Shown here: piece by piece, positions 1-9,447 of the stretch
Position numbering within the stretch: the first letter of the stretch is position 1
How the letters are laid out: the number at the start of each line of letters is the position of its first letter
Origin: Myxococcales bacterium
Lineage (GTDB): Bacteria; Myxococcota_A; Polyangia; Palsa-1104; JAEUJZ01
NCBI GenBank assembly: GCA_016794365.1
Contig: JAEUKB010000025.1
Coordinates: forward strand, 116,693 to 180,692
Direction: 5' to 3'
DNA: 64,000 nucleotides
Notes under the pieces: model-generated
What the model was told of the DNA's origin: nothing
Databases searched by the model: none
The model's input: only the letters and a program-made list of their open reading frames with translations
Made by a program: the position numbers and the translations under genes

Positions 1-410
1 CGCGAGACGGTGTGACCAAGCTGGGCGACGGCGAACTGACCGTCCTAGACAACCAGATCAACCAGGGAACGGCGACGCTCCGCTTGAAAGCGGTGTTTGC
101 AAATCCCAAGCGACTGCTGTGGCCCAATCAGTTCGTCAAAGCGCGGCTGCTGCTAAAAACAGAGCCGCGTGCGCTGGTGATTCCTGCGGTGGCGGTGCAG
201 CGCGGTCCGAAAGGAACGTTTGTCTATGTCGTGGCGGAAGATGGTACGGCGGTGACTCGTCCGGTGGAGGTTTCGCTGCTGACCGCTGATCAAGCGGTGC
301 TGGCCAAGGGAGTCTCTGCTGGGGAACAAGTGGTGGTGGAAGGACAGAATCAGCTTCGTCCTGGTGCAAAAGTATCGGCGCGACCGCAAGGAAGTGAGCG
401 CAAGTCATGA
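1..410 (+). CDS. RND efflux membrane-fusion (periplasmic adaptor, HlyD/AcrA/MdtA-like) protein, C-terminal fragment; gene starts upstream of the window
   Basis: ORF 12..410 runs in frame from the window edge. The translation resembles the beta-barrel/membrane-proximal end of adaptor subunits (VIPAVAVQRGPKGTFVYVV...VVEGQNQLRPGAKV). Its stop TGA overlaps the ATG of the downstream RND permease (ATGA coupling at 407-410). Confidence 0.7.
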   Translation, partial: RDGVTKLGDGELTVLDNQINQGTATLRLKAVFANPKRLLWPNQFVKARLLLKTEPRALVIPAVAVQRGPKGTFVYVVAEDGTAVTRPVEVSLLTADQAVLAKGVSAGEQVVVEGQNQLRPGAKVSARPQGSERKS

Positions 411-3400
411 GCATCTCGGAGCCGTTTATTCGTCGTCCGGTTGCGACCACGCTTTTGATGATTGGTGTGCTGCTCGCTGGACTTGCGGGCTATCGAGAGC
501 TGGCGGTGTCAGCGCTACCGCAAGTAGACTATCCCACGATCGTGGTGTCTACCACGCTGCCCGGTGCCAGTGCAGAGACGATGTCTTCGGCGGTGACGAC
601 CCCGCTGGAGCGACAGTTTGGACAGATGCCATCGCTGTCCCAGATGACCTCTGTATCCAGCTTTGCGACATCCCAGATCACGCTACAGTTTCAGCTCGAT
701 CGCAGCATTGATGCAGCGGAACAGGACGTACAAGCCGCGATCAATGCCGCATCCAACTTGCTTCCGCGTACGCTGCCCGCGCCTCCGACCTATAGCAAGA
801 GCAACCCAGCAGACACGCCCATTTTGACGCTGGCGGTACGTGGCGCGCACCTTCCGTTGGCGCAAGTCCATGACTACGCAGACTCGATCTTGGCGCAGAA
901 GATCTCGCAGGTGAGTGGTGTTGGACTGGTTACGTTAAACGGAAGTCAGAAGCCTGCGGTGCGCGTACAAGTCGATCCGGTGACACTTGCCGGAAGTGGT
1001 CTGTCTTTGGAAGATGTGCGATCCACGATCGTCGCTGCCAACGTCAATCAGCCCAAAGGAAACATTGACGGAGTGCGCCAAGACTATGCCCTTTCGACCA
1101 ACGATCAGCTCGATCGTGCAGAGTCCTTTCGTCCCCTTGTGCTGGCCTACAAAAACGGTGCAGTGATTCGCTTGCAAGATGTCGCGCAGGTGGTGGATGG
1201 CGTCGAAAACGTCCAGCTTGCAGGCTGGGCAGATAGCCAGCGCGCGATCATCCTCAACGTGCAGCGTCAGCCCGGAGCGAACGTGATTCAGGTGGCCGAT
1301 CGCGTCAAAGCACTGCTGCCGCAGCTTCGTAGCTCGCTGCCACAAGGGGTGGAAGTATCGATCCTAAGCGATCGAACAGAGACGGTTCGTGCGTCGGTGG
1401 AAGATGTGCAGTTCACACTCCTTTTGACGATCGGACTGGTGGTCGGTGTCATCTATGTATTCCTGCGTGATCTGCGCGCTACGCTGATTCCGGGGGTCGC
1501 GGTTCCGCTGTCTCTCATCGGAACCTTTGGCGTGATGTATCTGCTGGGCTACAGCTTGAACAACCTGTCGCTGATGGCGCTGACGATCTCGACTGGATTT
1601 GTGGTGGATGACGCGATCGTGATGATCGAAAACATTGAGCGCTACATCGAAGCCGGAGAAAAGCCTCTGCAAGCAGCGCTCAAAGGGGCCCAGCAGATTG
1701 GCTTTACGATCATGTCACTTACGGTGTCGCTTATCGCGGTGCTGATTCCGCTTTTGTTTATGACCGGTCTGATTGGTCGTCTGTTTCGTGAGTTTGCAGT
1801 GACGCTGAGCGTTGCGATTGCGGTGTCTGCGATTCTGTCTTTGACGCTGACCGCAACGATGAGCGCCCACATTCTGCGCGCACATCCAGCGCAAAAAATC
1901 GGACAGCCGCTTCATGGGAACTGGCTGAGTCGTCTGTTTGAGCGTGGCTTTTCAGGACTCCTTTCGATCTACGATCGTGGTCTACAGTGGGTGCTTGCTC
2001 ATCAGCTGCTGACACTGCTAGCGACGATTGCTACGGTGGTTCTGACGGTTTATCTGGCGCTGGTGATTCCCAAAGGTTTCTTTCCGCAGCAAGACACCGG
2101 ACTGCTTGTTGGGGTCTCGGAAGCGGCTCCTGATGCATCGTTTCAGCGCCTTGCGGAAGGTCAGCAGCGACTCGTTGATGTCTTGCTGTCCGATCCCGAC
2201 ATCGAGCGCGTCGCGTCCTTTATTGGTGCAGATGGAACCAACCTGACTCCCAACAGTGGACGGATGACGGTGACGCTCAAGCCCAGAGAGCATCGGCACA
2301 GAACCGCAGAACAGATCATCTTGCAGCTGCGTCCGAAGCTGTCAGAAGTCACGGGGGTCTCTCTGTACTTGCAGCCTGTTCAGGACTTGCAGCTCGATAG
2401 TCGCGTCAGTCGCACCCAGTTTCAGTACACGCTAGAGGACTCTGATCTGGATGAGCTGCGCGCGTTTACGCCGAAGATGCTGCACAAGCTGCGAACGCTG
2501 CCAGAGCTTCTGGATGTGGCCAGCGACTATCAGGAAGGCGGACTTCAGCTGGATCTGACGATTGATCGCGACACCGCATCGCGATTGGGAGTCCTTCCGC
2601 AAGCGATTGATGATGTGCTCTACGATGCGTTCGGACAGCGGCAGATCTCGACGATCTTTACGCAGCTGAACCAGTATCGCGTGATCTTGGAGATCAAGCC
2701 GGAGCTAGGAAAAAACGTCGATACGCTGCGCAGCCTGTATGTCCGTTCACAGACTGGTGAAGCGGTTCCGCTTTCGATGCTGGTGACACCGACCGAGCGA
2801 AGTGCTGCGCTGTCTGTCAATCACCAAGGTCAGTTTGCTGCGGCAACGCTGTCGTTTAACACCGCTCCAGGGGTTGCGCTGGGCGACGCTGTGGCTGCGA
2901 TTCGTCGCGCCGAGCAAGAGATCGGAATGCCACAAGGAGTCCATGCTTCCTTTCAAGGTGCCGCGCAGCAGTTTCAGTCCGCGCTAGAGAGTGAGCCGCT
3001 CCTCATCTTGGCTGCGATTGTGACGGTCTACATCGTGCTGGGTGTGCTGTACGAAAGCTACATTCATCCGATCACGATTCTGTCTACGCTACCGTCGGCA
3101 GGAGTCGGTGCGCTGCTGGCGCTGCTGATCTGTAAGATCGACTTTTCGATCATCGCGCTCATCGGAATCATCTTGCTGATTGGCATCGTCAAAAAGAACG
3201 CGATCATGATGATCGACTTTGCGCTGGAGCTAGAGCGCGATCAGGCAATGACCCCGGAGGAATCGATCTACAGAGCGTGTCTGTTGCGCTTCCGTCCGAT
3301 CATGATGACGACGATGGCGGCGCTGCTTGGCGGACTGCCACTTGCGCTGGGAAGTGGTGCTGGATCAGAGCTGCGCAGACCGCTCGGAATTTCGATTGTT

Positions 3401-3559
3401 GGAGGGCTGCTGATCTCGCAGGTGCTGACGTTGTACACCACGCCGGTCATCTATCTGTACATGGGCAAGCTGGCTGCGCTGTTTGGATCGAAGCGACCTT
3501 CGGACTCCGATTCTGATTCCGATTCTGATTCCGATTCCGATGCGGAGGCTGCGACATGA
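407..3559 (+). CDS. RND family multidrug efflux permease (AcrB/MdtB-like), first of two tandem paralogues; C-terminal (SD)7 tail
   Basis: 1050 aa, about 12 TM segments and two large periplasmic loops. Conserved AcrB-family blocks are present (TISTGFVVDDAIVMIENIERY; GIVKKNAIMMIDFALE). The start overlaps the adaptor stop (ATGA) and the stop overlaps the next permease start (ATGA at 3556-3559). The tail SDSDSDSDSDSDSD is encoded by a tandem GAT/TCC repeat at about 3497-3545. Confidence 0.9.
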   Translation: MSISEPFIRRPVATTLLMIGVLLAGLAGYRELAVSALPQVDYPTIVVSTTLPGASAETMSSAVTTPLERQFGQMPSLSQMTSVSSFATSQITLQFQLDRSIDAAEQDVQAAINAASNLLPRTLPAPPTYSKSNPADTPILTLAVRGAHLPLAQVHDYADSILAQKISQVSGVGLVTLNGSQKPAVRVQVDPVTLAGSGLSLEDVRSTIVAANVNQPKGNIDGVRQDYALSTNDQLDRAESFRPLVLAYKNGAVIRLQDVAQVVDGVENVQLAGWADSQRAIILNVQRQPGANVIQVADRVKALLPQLRSSLPQGVEVSILSDRTETVRASVEDVQFTLLLTIGLVVGVIYVFLRDLRATLIPGVAVPLSLIGTFGVMYLLGYSLNNLSLMALTISTGFVVDDAIVMIENIERYIEAGEKPLQAALKGAQQIGFTIMSLTVSLIAVLIPLLFMTGLIGRLFREFAVTLSVAIAVSAILSLTLTATMSAHILRAHPAQKIGQPLHGNWLSRLFERGFSGLLSIYDRGLQWVLAHQLLTLLATIATVVLTVYLALVIPKGFFPQQDTGLLVGVSEAAPDASFQRLAEGQQRLVDVLLSDPDIERVASFIGADGTNLTPNSGRMTVTLKPREHRHRTAEQIILQLRPKLSEVTGVSLYLQPVQDLQLDSRVSRTQFQYTLEDSDLDELRAFTPKMLHKLRTLPELLDVASDYQEGGLQLDLTIDRDTASRLGVLPQAIDDVLYDAFGQRQISTIFTQLNQYRVILEIKPELGKNVDTLRSLYVRSQTGEAVPLSMLVTPTERSAALSVNHQGQFAAATLSFNTAPGVALGDAVAAIRRAEQEIGMPQGVHASFQGAAQQFQSALESEPLLILAAIVTVYIVLGVLYESYIHPITILSTLPSAGVGALLALLICKIDFSIIALIGIILLIGIVKKNAIMMIDFALELERDQAMTPEESIYRACLLRFRPIMMTTMAALLGGLPLALGSGAGSELRRPLGISIVGGLLISQVLTLYTTPVIYLYMGKLAALFGSKRPSDSDSDSDSDSDSDAEAAT

Positions 3560-6500
3560 ACCTGTCTGATCCGTTCATCCGTCGTCCGGTCGCTACATCA
3601 CTGCTCGCCTTTGCGGTGCTGATTGCGGGTGTCTTTGCGTTTACACAGCTTCCGGTGGCCCCCTTGCCGCGCATTGACTTTCCGACGATTCAAGTAAACG
3701 CCAGCCTGCCCGGAGCCAGTCCCGAGACGATGGCATCGGCGGTTGCGGCACCGCTCGAGCGGCGCTTTGGACGCATCTCTGGACTGACAGAGATCACGTC
3801 GGCCAGCTCGCTGGGACAGACCTCGCTGACGCTTCAGTTTGATCTGGATCGCGATGTCGATGCCGCTGCGCGCGATGTGCAAGCCGCGATCAATGCAGCC
3901 GGTGGAGATCTGCCTGCCAACCTGCCCAGTCGTCCGCGCTTTGGCAAAGTGAATCCGTCCGATGCACCGATCCTGATTCTGTCTCTGTCTTCCGATACGC
4001 TGCCGCTTGCGCAGGTGTTTGATGCGGCCAGCAGTGTCTTGGCACAGAAGATCTCGCAGGTGTCAGGAGTCGGCCAAGTCTTCGTCGGTGGAGGCCAGCA
4101 GCCAGCGGTGCGCGTACAAGTCGATCCGGAAGCGCTGGCGGGACTTGGTTTGGGTCTGTCCGATGTTAGGAATGCGCTCGCTTCGGGCTCTGTGAATCAT
4201 CCCAAAGGTGCGCTGTCTGGCGATTCCCAGCTGCGCGTTCTGTCCGCAAATGATCAGCTGCTTGGCGCGCAGAGCTATGGCTCACTGATCCTGAGTCATC
4301 GTGCTGGTTCTGCGGTTCGCGTACAGGATGTCGCGCAGGTTGTCGATGATGTGGAAAACAATCGCAGCGCAGCGTGGTCAAGTGGTCGGCGCTCTGTGCT
4401 GCTGATCATTCGACGTCAACCGGGGGCCAACGTCATCGAGGTGATCGATCGCATCAAGGCGCTGCTGCCAACCCTGACGAAATCGATCTCACCCGCGATT
4501 CACATTGAGACAGCGATCGATCGCAGCCAGACCATTCGCGCATCGGTGGCAGAAGTCGAGCTGACGCTCTTGCTTTCGATGGTGCTGGTGGTGCTGGTGG
4601 TGTTTGTGTTTCTGCGCAGCGCGCGTGCGACTTCGATTCCGAGCGTTGCGGTTCCGCTGTCTGTCGTAGGTACGTTCGGTGTGATGTATCTGTGTGATTA
4701 TTCGCTGAACAACCTGTCGCTGATGGCACTGACGATCTCGACGGGATTTGTGGTCGATGACGCGATTGTGGTGACCGAAAACGTCGCGCGTTATCTGGAG
4801 CTTGGCTGGTCCCCACTTCGCGCTGCCAAGCAAGGAGCCAGACAGATTGGCTTTACGATTGTCTCGATCACGGTGTCTCTGCTCGCGGTGTTTATTCCGA
4901 TTCTGCTGATGCAAGGAATCGTGGGTCGTCTGTTTCGTGAGTTCGCGGTGACGCTGAGCGCTGCCGTCGCGCTGTCCGCTGTGGTTTCGCTGACGCTGAC
5001 ACCGATGATGTGTGCGCGCATCTTGAAAAAGGATTCTGCTCACAGTCAGCCCGGACGCATCGCGCGGATTCTGGAATCTGGCTTTTCAGGACTCCTTCAC
5101 CTCTACGATTTGGGACTGCGCTGGGTGCTGCGTCATCAGGTCTTGATGCTGATGGTCACGCTCGGAACCGTTGCGCTCAGTGTCTGTTTGTTTTTCGTGG
5201 TTCCCAAAGGTCTGTTTCCGCAGCAAGACACCGGACAGCTCATGGGTTTTGCGGAAGCGTCGCAAGACATCTCGTTTCCAGCGATTCGGGATCGACAAGA
5301 AGCGGTCAATCGCGTGGTGATGTCAGATCCCGATGTCGCGCACTCCGTTGCATTTTTGGGGGCTGGACCGGGCGCATCGGTGAACTCCTCGACGATGTTT
5401 ATCGAGCTAAAGCCGCGTCCCGCGCGCAAGGCAAGTGCCGATGAGATCATCGCGCGGCTGCGTCCCAAGCTCGCCAAGATCGAAGGAATGCGACTGTTTT
5501 TGCAAGCGCAGCAGGACGTACGAATTGGTGGTCGCTTCACGCGCACGCAGTATCAGTACACGCTGCAAGATGCGAGCTTGGAAGAGCTAAATACCTGGGC
5601 GCCGCGTGTGCTGGATCGTCTGAAGAAAGCGCCCGAGCTGCGTGATGTCGCAAGTGATCAACAGACCTCTGGACTTCAGCTGGATGTGATCATCGATCGC
5701 GATACCGCTGCGCGCTTGGGAGTCAGTCTGTCCGCCATTGATGATGCGCTCTACGATGCGTTCGGTCAGCGGCAGGTCGCGACGATGTATACGCAGCTTA
5801 ATCAGTATCGCGTGGTGTTGGAAGTTCTTCCGTCGCTACAGACTGGACCGGATGCGCTGTCGCACATCTATGTTCGCTCGGCATTCCCATCTGTAAACAG
5901 CCCAAACAGAGTCTCTGTAAACAGCGCAAACGGAGTCTCTGTAAACAGCGCAAACGGAGTCTCTGCAAACCTGATTCCGCTGTCTGCACTGGCGCGCTTT
6001 CAGCCAAACTTCACGTCGCTGTCGGTCAATCACCAGGGACAGTTTCCTTCCATCACGATCTCGTTTAATACCGCGCCGCAGGTTGCGCTGGGACAGGCTG
6101 TGGATGCAGTGCATCGCATCGAGCGAGAGCTTGGTCTGCCTCCCAGCATTCGCGCTGCGTTTCAGGGGTCCGCACAAGCGTTTGGATCGTCTCTTGCGAA
6201 TGAGCCAGTGCTGATCCTGGCCGCGCTCATCGTGGTCTACATCGTGCTTGGCATGCTGTATGAAAGCTACGTTCACCCGATCACGATTCTGTCTACGCTG
6301 CCGTCGGCAGGAGTCGGTGCCTTGCTCGCGCTGATCCTGTGTCAGACCGAGTTTTCGATCATCGCGCTCATCGGAATCATCTTGCTGATTGGCATCGTCA
6401 AAAAGAACGCGATCATGATGATCGACTTCGCGCTGGAGCTAGAGCGAGACGAAGGTCTGCTTCCGCGCGATTCGATCTACAAAGCGTGTCTGTTGCGCTT

Positions 6501-6732
6501 TCGGCCCATCTTGATGACGACGATGGCGGCGCTGCTTGGGGGACTGCCGCTCGCGCTGGGCAGCGGAGTCGGTTCCGAGCTGCGTCGTCCGCTTGGAATC
6601 ACGATTGTCGGTGGGCTGATCATCTCGCAGCTTCTGACGCTGTTTACGACCCCGGTGGTCTATCTGGCGCTGTCGCGCTTTAGTCACCGTCGGATGTACG
6701 CAGCAGCGAAGCAGTCCGCAGATCGCACCTGA
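3556..6732 (+). CDS. RND family multidrug efflux permease (AcrB/MdtC-like), second tandem paralogue (heteromeric MdtBC-type arrangement)
   Basis: 1058 aa paralogue of the upstream gene with the same conserved blocks (TISTGFVVDDAIVVTENVARY; GIVKKNAIMMIDFALELERDEG). It is translationally coupled to the upstream gene. A 24-bp tandem repeat at about 5890-5970 encodes VNSPNRVSVNSANGVSVNSANGVS. Confidence 0.9.
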   Translation: MNLSDPFIRRPVATSLLAFAVLIAGVFAFTQLPVAPLPRIDFPTIQVNASLPGASPETMASAVAAPLERRFGRISGLTEITSASSLGQTSLTLQFDLDRDVDAAARDVQAAINAAGGDLPANLPSRPRFGKVNPSDAPILILSLSSDTLPLAQVFDAASSVLAQKISQVSGVGQVFVGGGQQPAVRVQVDPEALAGLGLGLSDVRNALASGSVNHPKGALSGDSQLRVLSANDQLLGAQSYGSLILSHRAGSAVRVQDVAQVVDDVENNRSAAWSSGRRSVLLIIRRQPGANVIEVIDRIKALLPTLTKSISPAIHIETAIDRSQTIRASVAEVELTLLLSMVLVVLVVFVFLRSARATSIPSVAVPLSVVGTFGVMYLCDYSLNNLSLMALTISTGFVVDDAIVVTENVARYLELGWSPLRAAKQGARQIGFTIVSITVSLLAVFIPILLMQGIVGRLFREFAVTLSAAVALSAVVSLTLTPMMCARILKKDSAHSQPGRIARILESGFSGLLHLYDLGLRWVLRHQVLMLMVTLGTVALSVCLFFVVPKGLFPQQDTGQLMGFAEASQDISFPAIRDRQEAVNRVVMSDPDVAHSVAFLGAGPGASVNSSTMFIELKPRPARKASADEIIARLRPKLAKIEGMRLFLQAQQDVRIGGRFTRTQYQYTLQDASLEELNTWAPRVLDRLKKAPELRDVASDQQTSGLQLDVIIDRDTAARLGVSLSAIDDALYDAFGQRQVATMYTQLNQYRVVLEVLPSLQTGPDALSHIYVRSAFPSVNSPNRVSVNSANGVSVNSANGVSANLIPLSALARFQPNFTSLSVNHQGQFPSITISFNTAPQVALGQAVDAVHRIERELGLPPSIRAAFQGSAQAFGSSLANEPVLILAALIVVYIVLGMLYESYVHPITILSTLPSAGVGALLALILCQTEFSIIALIGIILLIGIVKKNAIMMIDFALELERDEGLLPRDSIYKACLLRFRPILMTTMAALLGGLPLALGSGVGSELRRPLGITIVGGLIISQLLTLFTTPVVYLALSRFSHRRMYAAAKQSADRT

Positions 6733-6778
6733 AAATGCCTTGACGGTGCGCGCGTCGGACAGTAACGATTCGCGCCAA

Positions 6779-8140
6779 ATGAAGCTTCGGGCGACCCTGC
6801 GCGGCAAGACCTATCAGTTTCGCGACCTCCGCGACGTGATGGCCAAGGCCAACGAAGAAAAATCCGGAGATCGACTGGCTGGCGTTGCGGCCTCGGACAT
6901 GCTGGAGCGCATCGCTGCCAAGCTGGTGCTGTCCGAGATTCCTCTGTCGGCGTTTATCGAGCACCCGGCGGTTCCGTACGATCAAGATGCGGTGACGCGG
7001 CTCATCCTCGACGAGCTGAGCCAGCCGGTCTTTCGCTCGGTGAAGAACTGGACGGTGTCGCAGCTTCGCGAGCATGTCTTGCGAACGGATGTGACCGGGC
7101 CGGATCTGCTGCGGCTGGGACGAGGGCTCACGTCCGAGATGATCGCGGCCTGCGCCAAGCTGATGTCGAACCTGGACCTTTTGGCGGCGGCGCGCAAGAT
7201 TCGCGTCGTCGTGCATGCGAACAACACGCTTGGGCTGGAAGGTCGCGTCGGGGTTCGTCTTCAGCCAAACCATCCGAACGACTCGGTGGAAGGCATTTTG
7301 TCGTCGCTGCGCGATGGTCTTTCATTTGGCTGTGGCGACGCGGTGATCGGCATCAATCCGGTGACGGACAACTGGGAGATCACGCGCAAGATTCTCGATG
7401 CGACGCACGACTTCTTGGAAGAGTGGCAGGTTCCGACGCAAAACTGCTGTCTGGCGCACGTCACAACCCAGATGAAAGCGCTGCAAAACGGGGCCAACTT
7501 GGGCCTGATGTTTCAGTCGCTGTGTGGCACCGAAGCGGGCTGCAAAGCGTTCGGCATCACCATCGACATGCTGCACGAAGCCTGGGACATGACCCAAAAG
7601 CTCGGTACCGCGACGGGACCGAATGTCATGTACTTTGAAACCGGGCAGGGCAGTGCGCTGTCGGCCAACGCGCATCACGGTGTCGATCAGCTCACCTGCG
7701 AGTCGCGCAACTACGGGCTGGCTCGTCACTTTCAGCCGTTTTTGGTAAACACCGTCGTCGGATTCATCGGTCCAGAGTATCTGTTCGACGCGCGTCAGAT
7801 CACGCGAGCGGGGCTTGAAGATCACTTCATGGGCAAGCTGCATGGTCTGCCGATGGGCTGCGATGCCTGTTACACCAACCACGCCGACGTGGATCACAAC
7901 GATCTGGAAAACCTGGAAGTGCTGCTGGCGAGCGCGGGCTGCAACTTCTTTATGGGCCTGCCGATGGGCGACGACGTGATGCTCAACTATCAGAGCACGT
8001 CGTTTCACGACAACGCGACGATGCGCGAAGTGCTCGGATTCCGTCCGGCGCCCGAGTTTGAAGCCTGGATGGAGCGCGTTGGCCTGATGGAAAACGGACG
8101 ACTTACCGCGCGCGCTGGTGATGCCACGCTGCTTACCTAA
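6779..8140 (+). CDS. eutB: ethanolamine ammonia-lyase large (heavy) subunit EutB
   Basis: The translation aligns over its full length with EutB (KLRATLRGKTYQFRDLRDVMAKANEEKSGDRLAGVAA...GVNPVTD...NYGLARHFQPFLVNTVVGFIGPEYL...GCNFFMGLPMGDDVMLNYQSTSFHD). Start chosen at the ATG at 6779, giving 453 aa as in EutB; the ORF track opens at 6740. No eutC-like ORF follows. Confidence 0.88.
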   Translation: MKLRATLRGKTYQFRDLRDVMAKANEEKSGDRLAGVAASDMLERIAAKLVLSEIPLSAFIEHPAVPYDQDAVTRLILDELSQPVFRSVKNWTVSQLREHVLRTDVTGPDLLRLGRGLTSEMIAACAKLMSNLDLLAAARKIRVVVHANNTLGLEGRVGVRLQPNHPNDSVEGILSSLRDGLSFGCGDAVIGINPVTDNWEITRKILDATHDFLEEWQVPTQNCCLAHVTTQMKALQNGANLGLMFQSLCGTEAGCKAFGITIDMLHEAWDMTQKLGTATGPNVMYFETGQGSALSANAHHGVDQLTCESRNYGLARHFQPFLVNTVVGFIGPEYLFDARQITRAGLEDHFMGKLHGLPMGCDACYTNHADVDHNDLENLEVLLASAGCNFFMGLPMGDDVMLNYQSTSFHDNATMREVLGFRPAPEFEAWMERVGLMENGRLTARAGDATLLT

Positions 8141-8153
8141 GGAAGCGACGACG

Positions 8154-9323
8154 ATGCGAAGTGTGATCTCTCAAGTGGGCGTGCTGCTCGGTAGCTTGGT
8201 ATTGCTCGGCTGTCCGCAGTCAGGCGAGATGGGCGAAGCGGGGATGCGCGGCGCTCCCGGTGAAAAGGGCGACAAAGGCGAAAAAGGTGACAAAGGCGAC
8301 AAAGGCGACACGGGAGAGCAAGGATCAGTCGGTCCGATGGGCCCCGTCGGTATGACCGGCGCCAAAGGCGACAAAGGCGACAAGGGCGACACGGGCGCGC
8401 AAGGACCAGCCGGTCCGATGGGCCCAATCGGAATGACGGGAATGACCGGAGCGACGGGCGCAGCAGGAATGACGGGCGCGCAAGGACCAGCCGGAGCCAA
8501 AGGAGACAGAGGCGAAAAGGGTGATCCTGGTCCGCAAGGTCCGACGGGGCCTGCTGGCTCTGGCGCGTATACCGAAGAGCTGGGCGGCTTTGCGGGCTTT
8601 ACCTCGGCAACGTACACCGGCGCGATGAGCGGACGACCGGCGATGCATGCCAAGTGCGAGGCCGAGTTTGCGGGCTCTCACCTGTGTCATGCGGCAGAGT
8701 ACATCCTGTCAAACTCAGCGACGAGCGTTCCGAGTCCAAACGGCGCGTGGATCGATCCCAGCACCAACGTAAGCGGCGGCACGAGCAACTCCGGTGTGGC
8801 GGTGAGCGGTCGCAGCATCTACGGCTATCACTGTGCGACGTGGAGCGACGGAACCTCGGGACGCTACGGAACCTACGTGACCACGCTGGGCACGATCCTC
8901 GAAGACGGAACCTGCAACGTGAGCCGCAGCTTGGCCTGCTGTAACGGTCCGCGCAAGACGCGCTTTGCGGGCTTTACGCCCACCAGCACAACCGGCAGCG
9001 TCGGAGGACGACCTAAGATGCATGCGCTCTGTGCGGCGGCGTTTTCTGGATCGCACCTGTGTCACGCGGCGGAATACATCCGATCCACATCAAGCGTCAC
9101 CGTTCCAAGTCCAAACGGCGCCTGGATCGATCCCAGCACCAACACGAGCGGCGGCACGAGCAACTCTGGCATCCCGGGCAGCGGTCGCAGCATCTACGGC
9201 TATCACTGTGCGACGTGGAGCGACGGAACCTCGGGACGCTACGGAACCTACGTAACCGCGCTTGGCACGATCCTCGAAGACGGAACCTGCAACGTGAGCC
9301 GCGCCGTCGCCTGCTGCTACTAA
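8154..9323 (+). CDS. collagen triple-helix (G-X-Y) repeat lipoprotein with two tandem Cys-containing C-terminal domains
   Basis: Lipoprotein signal MRSVISQVGVLLGSLVLLGC; an RBS-like AAGGAAG lies 8 nt upstream of the ATG at 8154. About 95 residues of uninterrupted GXY triplets follow (GEKGDKGEKGDKGDKGDTGEQG...GPQGPTGPAGSG). Then two roughly 120-aa repeats share conserved Cys (FAGFT..RP.MHA.C.A.F.GSHLCHAAEYI...PSPNGAWIDPSTN.SGGTSNSG...GRSIYGYHCATWSDGTSGRYGTYVT.LGTILEDGTCNVSR..ACC). Confidence 0.8.
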   Translation: MRSVISQVGVLLGSLVLLGCPQSGEMGEAGMRGAPGEKGDKGEKGDKGDKGDTGEQGSVGPMGPVGMTGAKGDKGDKGDTGAQGPAGPMGPIGMTGMTGATGAAGMTGAQGPAGAKGDRGEKGDPGPQGPTGPAGSGAYTEELGGFAGFTSATYTGAMSGRPAMHAKCEAEFAGSHLCHAAEYILSNSATSVPSPNGAWIDPSTNVSGGTSNSGVAVSGRSIYGYHCATWSDGTSGRYGTYVTTLGTILEDGTCNVSRSLACCNGPRKTRFAGFTPTSTTGSVGGRPKMHALCAAAFSGSHLCHAAEYIRSTSSVTVPSPNGAWIDPSTNTSGGTSNSGIPGSGRSIYGYHCATWSDGTSGRYGTYVTALGTILEDGTCNVSRAVACCY

Positions 9324-9447
9324 AAACACCTCACAAAGCCTATTGCGGACCCTGGCTGCTGCATCGTCGGTCCTCACGTACTTTTGCGTACGCTCCGGTC
9401 CTCCTCTTTGCTTCCAGGGTTCCTCAGGACGGTTTTGTGAGGTGTTA

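Noticed and set aside
364-711. 115-aa ORF overlapping the end of the adaptor gene and the start of the first RND permease in another frame
   Set aside because: Out-of-frame overlap of two well-supported, translationally coupled genes, with a low-complexity translation; a frame artefact.
3277-6683. Similar DDDDGGAAW-containing ORFs appearing antisense or out of frame in both RND genes (3277-3516 and 6339-6683)
   Set aside because: These reflect the nucleotide-level paralogy of the two permease genes (the conserved GIVKKNAIMMIDFALE region read in another frame), not an independent gene.
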